Positions 56,197 to 64,000 of a stretch of DNA of 64,000 bases are shown one piece after another; position 1 is the stretch's first letter, and the number at the start of each line of letters is the position of its first letter. Below the pieces are notes generated by a model. The model made no database searches. It was given only the letters and a program-made list of their open reading frames with translations, and had not been told where the DNA came from. The DNA is from a virus (Duplodnaviria > Caudoviricetes), in the IMG/VR virus record IMGVR_UViG_3300048691_000224. One strand, given 5' to 3'. The position numbers and the translations under genes are program-made.

Positions 56197-56239
56197 CGAA
56201 AAACTAGAGGAGTAAATAACACACTCCTCTAGTTTTTCG
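56197..56239 (+). terminator. 17-bp perfect hairpin with late promoter GTAAATA at the stem/loop junction
   Basis: CGAAAAACTAGAGGAGT-AAATAACAC-ACTCCTCTAGTTTTTCG. Confidence 0.85.
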
Positions 56240-56266
56240 TTGTATAACAATACAATCCACATATAC

Positions 56267-57100
56267 ATGTCTATCAATCCACTATTAGAATCAACATCAT
56301 TTCGTCTACCCGGAGAGACTGTTAAGTTACCTAGCTTGGCTCTGTTCTATGACAACACTGTAGTAGATGATACTGTCCTCGTCGAGGGTGAAGTGTACGT
56401 ACAACCCATGACGACGTATGAAGAGTTACTGATGAAAACTCCTGAGTTGATCTACAGCGGTCAGGCTCTAACTCAAGTATTCGGCAAGTGTATTCCTCAA
56501 ATCAAACAACCAATGCAGCTATTAGCTAAAGATGTTGACTTCTTGTTGATAGCGCTCCGCAAAATTTCCCTCGGGTCTGTCGTAACAATCACACATACCC
56601 ACACGTGCGATGATGCTCATGAACATAACTACAACGTAGATGTGAGTAGCTTTATTAAGGACACTAATAATGTCGACCCATCGACAGTAACCACACTATT
56701 TGAAACTACCCTAGATAATGGTCAAATTGTGAAACTTAAACCTTACACAATGGGTGCAGTGTTATCACTATCCCAAACGGCCGTTGCTCAACAAGACAAA
56801 TTAGAAGCAATGTCTGAACTTGAGTTAGTAAATTACATGCGTGATAGCATACTGTTGAATATACTGCCAGCAATTGTATCGGTTGGTGATGTTACAGATG
56901 AAAATCATATTCTGGAGTGGTTGAATAATTTACCGATGGCTTGGATCAAGCGACTCAACGCTACAATTGAGAACACTAACGCTTGGGGAGTAGATTTTAC
57001 TACAGAACAAGTTTGTAAAGATTGTGGTGAGTCATTCACGACTATTGTCCCTTTGAATCCACTAAGTTTTTTTACGGAACCCTCAGGTCTGGAGATGTAG
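56267..57100 (+). CDS. baseplate hub assembly / tail assembly chaperone (gp26-like)
   Basis: VQPMTTYEELLMK, DVDFLLIALRKIS.G, CKDCG, ends PLNPLSFF; immediately precedes the tape measure gene. Confidence 0.8.
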   Translation: MSINPLLESTSFRLPGETVKLPSLALFYDNTVVDDTVLVEGEVYVQPMTTYEELLMKTPELIYSGQALTQVFGKCIPQIKQPMQLLAKDVDFLLIALRKISLGSVVTITHTHTCDDAHEHNYNVDVSSFIKDTNNVDPSTVTTLFETTLDNGQIVKLKPYTMGAVLSLSQTAVAQQDKLEAMSELELVNYMRDSILLNILPAIVSVGDVTDENHILEWLNNLPMAWIKRLNATIENTNAWGVDFTTEQVCKDCGESFTTIVPLNPLSFFTEPSGLEM

Positions 57101-57303
57101 ACCGCATCCGAGAGCTGTTCGCGGCTCTTGAAGATGAAGCGCGAGGGTTAATCAAGACTGTTATAGATTTGGTGTACTTCATGCGTGGTGCAGTATCTTA
57201 CGAGGAAATGATGCGCCGTTGCTTTGCTGAACGGCAACTAATTGGCGAATTTCTCAGTGAACGCCTAACTACAGAGTCTAACAAAGAGTTCCAGGTCTAT
57301 TAA
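57067..57303 (+). CDS. -1-frame extension of the chaperone (gp51-like C-terminal part), probably reached by programmed frameshift
   Basis: T7 run at 57067-57073; the -1 frame reads FFYGTLRSGDVDRIRELFAALEDEARGLIKTVIDLVYFMRGAVSYEEMM...QVY*; no ATG before 57181. Confidence 0.75.
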   Translation, partial: FFYGTLRSGDVDRIRELFAALEDEARGLIKTVIDLVYFMRGAVSYEEMMRRCFAERQLIGEFLSERLTTESNKEFQVY

Positions 57304-57387
57304 CCAGCAAAGCGCACCGGTTACTAAATATAGAATGCGCTCGCTACTGCATTACACTGGTTAAACCGAGCTTATTTGATACAAAAC

Positions 57388-60282
57388 ATGGCTACAACTC
57401 CGCAGAATCAATTAGGGAATACATTATCAGCTGCTGATGTGAAGGAACTCACACGCGCCATGGCTAGACTGTCAACAATAATGACAGGCCAAATTAAGCC
57501 CCTGGCTAAGGCACTGGACCTACTATCAGGACTTACGACAGATTCCGTAGGGGTTGGTCGACAGGTACTCAAATCGGACCGTGACACAAGAAAGGTCGAT
57601 CAGAAGCTGATTGACTCTTTGGTTAACCTCACGGAGTCAAATGAGCAAGACAAACGAAAATTAGCAGAAGCTGTTGCACTTGCCCAGCAGACTCTGCAAC
57701 AAGCTGCTGCTAATACCCGCACCGCCGCTGAGAGAGCTCTGAAAACAGCCGAAGCTGATTACCTCAAGTTCCACGATCAGATGAAGCAGGTGATGGAGCC
57801 GATCATCCAGTATACCGACGATTCGAGTGAGCAGTTTGCAAAACAACTTGAATTAGAAAAACAGTCCGTAGAACTAAAAATCAAGGAATCTACCTCTCGT
57901 AAGGAACGAATATCGGCTGAGAAACAACTGTCGACGATTCAAGCTCAAATCGCCGAAAAAAATGAATCTGATGCTACGACTCGACTAACCGCCACCAAGG
58001 CTGCATATGCAGCCCACAGTTCGTTAGCGAACCAAACGGCTCAAAAGCGAGCTCAACTTGAGTACGATACAGCAAAAGCAAATAGCGCTCGAGCAGCTAA
58101 ACTAGCAGCGCCCAATGGCGCTCTTGTCCCGGTATTCGAAACTCTGGCTAAGCGAGTAAAGGAATTTGTAGCTGGACTATCTCTTGCAAGTGCTGCAACG
58201 TCAGTATATGGTGATATGATCACTCAGAGATCAACAGGCGGCGCAAATTCGATAATCGGTGGGAATGATAACAACAGTAGCATATTAGGCAACTATGGGA
58301 CTGCGGCTGCACAGGGTATAAACACAAAGACGTTGATGGAGATCCGACAATCAACACGCGCGGCTGAACTGAGTGCTGGATCCCAAGCAAAGTTTGACCA
58401 AGCACTATTCGGAAACTTGGCAGGGCTGTACGATATTACAGAGAGTCGTAATGAGGCTGCCCAGATAGGAGCAGGAATTCTATCCGCAACTCAAGAGGTG
58501 GGAATCTCAGCCCCTGTTGGCGGCAAGTTGCTTGGTGATCTGACAGAGCAGTTCGGCAAACTGAGTCGATTGACAGGACTGAGCACGATATCCATAGCTA
58601 AGATGACTGAGGGCATCACAAAGGATTCAGATCAGCGAGAAATCATGTTGGGTATGGGCGAGAAGCAAAAGTCCATGTACCTACTAGAGCAAGTGCAGAG
58701 AATGGCTCAGTATAAACAGGCCGGTTATTCGATAGAGCAAGCTCAGGAACTAATACGACTGCAAGCTCAACAACACAATAAAAAAGCACTGTCTAAGTTC
58801 ACAGACTACTACACTCAACAGTTACACGTGTCGCAAATAGAAAAGGGACTACGAGATACTGGTAATGGGGACCGCGCTGCGAAGGTTGCCGCCGCCCAAC
58901 AGCGAGACCGCGAGTTGGAAATGCGAGGACGAAATGTCCAAGCATCGTCTCCTGAAGGACAACAAATTATCAAGGAGCGTGCGGAACTCAAAGGCATCAT
59001 TGGTGAACAAGCTAAATTCCTGATTAACTCTCAAACCACGGCAGGTGATACCGGTAAGAATGTAGCTGTGTTACAACAGTGGCAGGAATCATTAGATAAA
59101 CTCAAGGGTACTGATGCAGCATACGGGATAGTAAATCAAGGCGCCAAAGACGTTGACCAAACAGCTGCAAAAGCAGCATCACCCAGTGGATCAGCAGCAA
59201 CAAATGGGGTTACGACTTTAGTTGACCGTGTATCCAGCATATTAACAAATCCAATCCTACAAGGCGCAGGCGGCCTTGCATATTTTACCTCCACAATGTT
59301 TTTTCACGGTGTCGCGATCAAATACATGATGATGAAAATGAGAACATCTGTAGGTAGTTTAGCAAAAGGTGCGCTGGATAGTGTGAAAGGTGGTGCTGGT
59401 AAAGTTGGTGAAATAGCTAGGAAAACAGGGAGCAAGATAGGCTCCGCAGCTAAAACAGCTTGGGATGCGACAAAAACAGGTGGTGGATATCTCGCAGATG
59501 TAGCCAAGTCAAGTGGGAGCAAGATAGGCTCTGCAGCTAAAACAGCTTGGGATGCGACAAAAACAGGTGGTGGATATCTATTAAACGCCGCCAAAGTAGG
59601 AGGAAGTTCGCTAGTAGGGAATGCTGGAAAGATCGCATCTATTGGATCCAAACTATCATTAGCTGGAATAGCCTCATATATTGGTGGTGAGTTTTTGGAC
59701 GATAGAGCGAAAGCTGAAACAGCAAAGGGAAATATCAAAACTGGTGCGGCCCTCGATACAGCAGGGTACGCTTTGCAAGGTGGAGCGCTTGGTGCGACAA
59801 TAGGGTCGTTCGTACCAGTAGCTGGTACTGCAGTTGGTGCAGCAGTTGGTGCGGGTATGGGAGGGGCATATGGTCTGTACCAAAATTGGACTAAGTCACC
59901 AACAAGCCCAAAGTTGGGTGATGTCCCTACTGATGTCCAACCAGGTAAGATAGCAACTCCATCCCAACCGCTGATGAGCTCAGCATTAGCGGACAAGAAA
60001 GCGGACGCAATCTCCAGTTTAACATCCGCCGCAAAAACCCTACCTGGTGCTAATGATGGAACATCAACTAGTACAAAAACCCCCGACGAGCCTAGTAGGG
60101 ACCAAAGCCTTGTGGCCATAGAACAATTGACAGCGCGAGTAGTACAGTTACTAGAGTTGATGATTAATAAACCTGAATCTGAAAGTCAGACTAAGTTGAC
60201 CAATGAGTATATGCGAAACGGGTCTAATCTTCGCATCGCCACTGCTATGTACAGCCAACCAGTAATCAATGTTCCCTCATAG
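57388..60282 (+). CDS. tape measure protein
   Basis: 964 aa, Ala/Gly/Gln-rich helical and coiled-coil character, GAxxG repeats; follows the chaperone gene; CTAAATA at 57324-57330. Confidence 0.8.
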   Translation: MATTPQNQLGNTLSAADVKELTRAMARLSTIMTGQIKPLAKALDLLSGLTTDSVGVGRQVLKSDRDTRKVDQKLIDSLVNLTESNEQDKRKLAEAVALAQQTLQQAAANTRTAAERALKTAEADYLKFHDQMKQVMEPIIQYTDDSSEQFAKQLELEKQSVELKIKESTSRKERISAEKQLSTIQAQIAEKNESDATTRLTATKAAYAAHSSLANQTAQKRAQLEYDTAKANSARAAKLAAPNGALVPVFETLAKRVKEFVAGLSLASAATSVYGDMITQRSTGGANSIIGGNDNNSSILGNYGTAAAQGINTKTLMEIRQSTRAAELSAGSQAKFDQALFGNLAGLYDITESRNEAAQIGAGILSATQEVGISAPVGGKLLGDLTEQFGKLSRLTGLSTISIAKMTEGITKDSDQREIMLGMGEKQKSMYLLEQVQRMAQYKQAGYSIEQAQELIRLQAQQHNKKALSKFTDYYTQQLHVSQIEKGLRDTGNGDRAAKVAAAQQRDRELEMRGRNVQASSPEGQQIIKERAELKGIIGEQAKFLINSQTTAGDTGKNVAVLQQWQESLDKLKGTDAAYGIVNQGAKDVDQTAAKAASPSGSAATNGVTTLVDRVSSILTNPILQGAGGLAYFTSTMFFHGVAIKYMMMKMRTSVGSLAKGALDSVKGGAGKVGEIARKTGSKIGSAAKTAWDATKTGGGYLADVAKSSGSKIGSAAKTAWDATKTGGGYLLNAAKVGGSSLVGNAGKIASIGSKLSLAGIASYIGGEFLDDRAKAETAKGNIKTGAALDTAGYALQGGALGATIGSFVPVAGTAVGAAVGAGMGGAYGLYQNWTKSPTSPKLGDVPTDVQPGKIATPSQPLMSSALADKKADAISSLTSAAKTLPGANDGTSTSTKTPDEPSRDQSLVAIEQLTARVVQLLELMINKPESESQTKLTNEYMRNGSNLRIATAMYSQPVINVPS
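59428..59579 (+). repeat. 65-bp direct repeat x2 (87-nt / 29-aa period) in the tape measure gene
   Basis: GSKIGSAAKTAWDATKTGGGYL twice; one nucleotide mismatch. Confidence 0.95.
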
Positions 60283-60345
60283 TTTTTGCGCCCAACAATA
60301 GTAGAGCTAAATAAGTTCTACTATCTCACGCACATCAATCCAAAT

Positions 60346-61869
60346 ATGAATGAAAACGCTAAGTTTTCGGGGTACTTCAAGTTAGTAAACATTGAACCGA
60401 CTCCTACCCAACTCCAGGATAACATTACCTTCGATACAATGTCGATGAGTACTGTCACAGGCTGGTACAACAACATTGTAACCGGATCAGGTAATCGCTT
60501 GAGTCGATATGCTGAGTATGATCTAATGGATTCAGATGTTGATGTGTCAAGAGCACTTGATATCATCGCAGAAGAGATGACCAATGAGAACGATGGCGAA
60601 ACACTCTCAGTAGAGCTGGAGACTGATGTTGTTGATGAAATTGGACAAGTCACTCTGAATACTGCCCTGCGCCGCTGGTGTAAGATGATTGGGTTGGAGG
60701 CTAAACTATTTGACATTGCCAGGCATCTGATCAAGTATGGGGACGTTGTCTTTAACAAAGTTGATACCTTTTCCCCTTGGGAATATGTCCCCATCAAGAA
60801 TGTATCAGGAGCATACGTCGATCAGAATAACGCAAGTCTCATAATTGGGCTCGTGGTAAATCAAAACTTTAAAAGCACAGTACCAAAGACGCTGGGAGTA
60901 AACTCTAATACCCTGGAAATTACTCCTATGAGCAAATTGGTGAGATTCACCCTAAACAATGGAATGAGTGAATCAGCACCTTTTGGGTTGTCGATCCTCA
61001 ATTCAGTATATCGAGCTTATCAACAAAAAAAGCTGATCGAAGACTCCATCATCATATACCGTGTTCAACGAGCTCCGGAGAAACGTGTGTTTTATATCGA
61101 TGTTGGTAAAATGCCACCTCCAAGGCGTAAAGCGTACCTGGAGCAGGTTAAGTTGGAGATGCGTCAAAAGAAGATTCCAACAGTTAATAATTCTAGCGAC
61201 TCGGGAATCGACAATATGTATGATCCTCAAGATATGATGGAAGATTTCTTCCTTGCGACATCAGGAGAGGGTGGAAGAGGAAGTAAGATTGAGGTACTGC
61301 CTGGCGGTGCGAATCTGGGTGAACTCTCTGACTTGAATCACTTCTCTGATAAACTGGCTCAAGGACTAAGAATTCCAGTCAGTTGGACCAGAGATGGTAC
61401 GAATGGCCCTACAGTTACCAATGATGGTAAGGTTGGCGCTGCGTTCATCCAAGAAGCACGGTTCGCTAAGTTTACTGAACGATTGCAAACTGCACTCCAG
61501 ATCACCATCGACGCAGAATTCAAAGCATTTGTTAAGAGTGTTGGAATTAAGATCGACCCCCACTACTTCTCGGTTGTACTACCTAAACCTAGCAACTTTG
61601 ACTCTTATCGTCAAGCTGAGAAGGATGCTGCTCTACTCAACTTGCTAAGCCAGACAAGTACTGTAGCAACCCTGTCCCCACGATTCGCAGCAAGGCGTTA
61701 TCTGCAAATGACACAGAATGAAATAATTGAAAATGAGCGCATGTTGCGTGAAGAGCGTGGAATTGCGTTGGATGATCCACAACTCATTACAAAACTATAC
61801 TCACCTGACTCAGTAGTAGCAGGCGATTCAGAAGCACCGGCGGACAGCATCGAATTAGATGCAGCATAA
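60346..61869 (+). CDS. portal protein (gp20-like)
   Basis: IEDSIIIYRVQRAPEKRVFYIDVGKMP, EDFFL, GSKIEVLPGGANLGELSD motifs. Confidence 0.95.
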   Translation: MNENAKFSGYFKLVNIEPTPTQLQDNITFDTMSMSTVTGWYNNIVTGSGNRLSRYAEYDLMDSDVDVSRALDIIAEEMTNENDGETLSVELETDVVDEIGQVTLNTALRRWCKMIGLEAKLFDIARHLIKYGDVVFNKVDTFSPWEYVPIKNVSGAYVDQNNASLIIGLVVNQNFKSTVPKTLGVNSNTLEITPMSKLVRFTLNNGMSESAPFGLSILNSVYRAYQQKKLIEDSIIIYRVQRAPEKRVFYIDVGKMPPPRRKAYLEQVKLEMRQKKIPTVNNSSDSGIDNMYDPQDMMEDFFLATSGEGGRGSKIEVLPGGANLGELSDLNHFSDKLAQGLRIPVSWTRDGTNGPTVTNDGKVGAAFIQEARFAKFTERLQTALQITIDAEFKAFVKSVGIKIDPHYFSVVLPKPSNFDSYRQAEKDAALLNLLSQTSTVATLSPRFAARRYLQMTQNEIIENERMLREERGIALDDPQLITKLYSPDSVVAGDSEAPADSIELDAA

Positions 61870-61901
61870 CTTTTTACACACCCACTAAGGATACTAATCA
61901 C

Positions 61902-62075
61902 ATGGATACTAATGTAAAACAACAATACTCTGATTTAATAGACACCATTGTTCGTCAAGGGGACCCCTCTGCTGCAATCGCAGCTGTTCTGGCCGCTCGG
62001 CTACCCGACGTTGTTCAAACTGTTGGAGTGACTATCGATCCGACGGCTCCTCGTGTAAACCTCAACCCAGCGTAG
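61902..62075 (+). CDS. small protein at the prohead-core (gp67-like) position, absent from the ORF track
   Basis: 57 aa MDTNVKQQYSDLIDTIVRQGDP... between portal and protease. Confidence 0.55.
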   Translation: MDTNVKQQYSDLIDTIVRQGDPSAAIAAVLAARLPDVVQTVGVTIDPTAPRVNLNPA

Positions 62076-62111
62076 TAAATACCCCATACTACACATAAAG
62101 AGTTCACTAAA

Positions 62112-62750
62112 ATGCATACTACCTTCTTACGCGAGATTTACACTCCTGATCAAACACAATTCGTATCCGAATCCGTCCTGGACGCCAAGGGAGAGAAATT
62201 CTGGTACCTAGAAGGTATTGTGATGCAGTCTGAAATGAAAAACCGCAATGGTAGAAATTACCCAAGACAGGAAATCTCCAATGCAGTCGCAACTCTACAA
62301 GAATCAATCAACAACAAGCAGTGCTATGGTGAATTGGATCATCCACTAGATTCGCGGATCAGTGTTGAGTTAAAAAATGTTTCTCACATCTTCGAGAAAC
62401 TAATGATGCGAGACAACGATGCGGTCGGCCGCATTAAAATCCTTGGCACTCCAATGGGTCAAATTGCTGCTGCAATTATTGAAGGCGGTGGACAACTTGG
62501 AGTATCCTCTCGAGGTACGGGTGATGTTGTTGAGGGTGGGAGCGTCCGCAATTTTGTGGTCTCATGTTTAGACATCGTAGCAACACCAAGTGCTATGGGT
62601 GCTGTTCCCATGTCCATCAAGGAAGCACTCGAAGATTCGATCTCTGGTCGCCGTGTACAGACCCTAGCAGAAGCACTCCAAGAGGATAAATCTGCCCAGA
62701 AATACTTCAACACAGAAGTGCAAAAATTTCTGCGCTCGTTCTTAGGATAA
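62112..62750 (+). CDS. prohead protease (gp21-like)
   Basis: NRNGRNY, GELDHP, LGVSSRGTG, DIVATPSA motifs. Confidence 0.95.
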   Translation: MHTTFLREIYTPDQTQFVSESVLDAKGEKFWYLEGIVMQSEMKNRNGRNYPRQEISNAVATLQESINNKQCYGELDHPLDSRISVELKNVSHIFEKLMMRDNDAVGRIKILGTPMGQIAAAIIEGGGQLGVSSRGTGDVVEGGSVRNFVVSCLDIVATPSAMGAVPMSIKEALEDSISGRRVQTLAEALQEDKSAQKYFNTEVQKFLRSFLG

Positions 62751-62757
62751 TGTCGCA

Positions 62758-63543
62758 ATGTCGACCCTGAAATTCTCAGAATACCTAGCAGAGTCGGCAG
62801 TCAACTCACTCCCATCCGTCACAATCCTCCCAGGTTCGCACGTGGACGCAGTTAAAAATGCCATGCCTGAATATGGTGACGCAGTTCGGTGTGCGAGCAA
62901 TGGTGCAGTGTTATATCGTGCTGTTAAACTATCGATGAATCATTCGTATGCGGTCGATCCAAAAACTGGTACCAGAACATCGACAAATGAACACAATCAC
63001 CACACCGTACTGATGTCGGATATTCTACCATCGTGGGCAAGCTATCCCAGGCGAGACAAATCTCTGTGCTGTACCAATAGTGAATATGTTGCGTTAAATT
63101 ATGGCCGTCAAGTGTTTGTCACACTACCTCACAATGGCACAACTCTTGCTGTCGCACCGCTAGGGGACATGTGGGAATCTTTCTCCATTACAAACCTAGA
63201 GAATTTGGCGTGGGATATAATCGACGCGACCGCCAAAACTATATCAACCAGTTCATACAAAGCTGCTAGGTACCACGCTGAGTACCTTGAGACTCTAATC
63301 GACATAAGTTCTATCCTAGAAATTGTTGGAGTACGAGCTAATAAGGCTGAGCTCGCTGAGTGGTTGAGTACACACAACCTCATGGCAAAGTTTGACAAGT
63401 ATCTCAACCCCGAAACTAATGGGTTCAAGTTGATTAGTATATCCGAGCTGCCGACTTTAACTAAGCGCTCTCACGAGATTTGGTTCTCATCACCAGCCAT
63501 CCTCATTCCAGGTGATAATTTCACCGCACCAACAAACCAATGA
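62758..63543 (+). CDS. hypothetical protein, possible ADP-ribosyltransferase fold, putative internal head protein
   Basis: N-terminus MSTLKFSEYLAE/S; LYRA, CCTN and HEIWF in R-S-E-like order. Confidence 0.6.
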   Translation: MSTLKFSEYLAESAVNSLPSVTILPGSHVDAVKNAMPEYGDAVRCASNGAVLYRAVKLSMNHSYAVDPKTGTRTSTNEHNHHTVLMSDILPSWASYPRRDKSLCCTNSEYVALNYGRQVFVTLPHNGTTLAVAPLGDMWESFSITNLENLAWDIIDATAKTISTSSYKAARYHAEYLETLIDISSILEIVGVRANKAELAEWLSTHNLMAKFDKYLNPETNGFKLISISELPTLTKRSHEIWFSSPAILIPGDNFTAPTNQ

Positions 63544-64000
63544 AATTCTCAGACTACCTATCCGAATCGATCAACGATACAGGAATATTTAAAGCAGTAT
63601 TCTTTGCTGGTTCCCCGGGGGCTGGCAAGAGTTATGTATCCAAACAAATTACATCTGGTGGCGTAGCGCCCCGGTTAGTGAATACCGACAAAGCCTACGA
63701 ACACCTGGTGCACACTGCAGGAGCACAGTTTTCTGGAACTGCTGATGAATATGTCGATAAAGCAATGCAACTGACGCAGACGTCTCTCGTAAACTACATC
63801 AATGGTGTACTTCCGATCTACATTGACGGAACTAGTAATAGCCCCAGTTCACTTTTTCAGCGGATGGGTATTCTAGAATCTTTTGGATATGATGTTGGAA
63901 TGGTGTTTATTAATACCGATCTTGACGTTGCGTTAGATAGGGCAGCAAGTCGCGAAAGGTTTGTTCCACCTGATTTTATCAAGTCTGTCCATGCTAAAGT
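63540..64000 (+). CDS. P-loop kinase (zeta-toxin/AAA_33-like), partial
   Basis: MKFSDYLSESINDTGIFKAVFFAGSPGAGKSY...IDGT; open to the window end; not in the ORF track. Confidence 0.8.
   Translation, partial: MKFSDYLSESINDTGIFKAVFFAGSPGAGKSYVSKQITSGGVAPRLVNTDKAYEHLVHTAGAQFSGTADEYVDKAMQLTQTSLVNYINGVLPIYIDGTSNSPSSLFQRMGILESFGYDVGMVFINTDLDVALDRAASRERFVPPDFIKSVHAK

Noticed and set aside
1-64000. Stop-codon reassignment (as in some jumbo phages)
   Set aside because: Long conserved genes are intact in the standard code, and TAA, TAG and TGA all end genes at tight junctions.

Overview
The window is a 64-kb piece of a large lytic T4-like (jumbo-type) myophage genome, read in the standard genetic code; the host cannot be determined from it. 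Positions 1-37.1 kb are almost all on the minus strand. They carry small early ORFs with sigma70 promoters, a tRNA-like gene with an insertion in the anticodon loop, primase, ClpP, DHFR, a 2H phosphoesterase, an exonuclease, dCTP deaminase/dUTPase and spanins. They also carry a DpdA-like transglycosylase plus FolE and QueD (7-deazaguanine pathway), class I ribonucleotide reductase, tail-fibre-like proteins and baseplate hub genes. Two essential genes, family-B DNA polymerase and NrdB, are each fractured into split-intein halves with a free-standing homing endonuclease between them. Positions 37.2-64 kb are mostly on the plus strand: late sigma (gp55-like), gp47/gp46, a hairpin-rich non-coding zone around gp25, baseplate wedge proteins, a tail-chaperone gene with a probable -1 programmed frameshift, tape measure, portal, prohead protease and putative head-packaged proteins. 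At least eight T4-type late promoters (core TAAATA) lie in or against inverted repeats. All product calls come from motif recognition by eye; no database searches were run.
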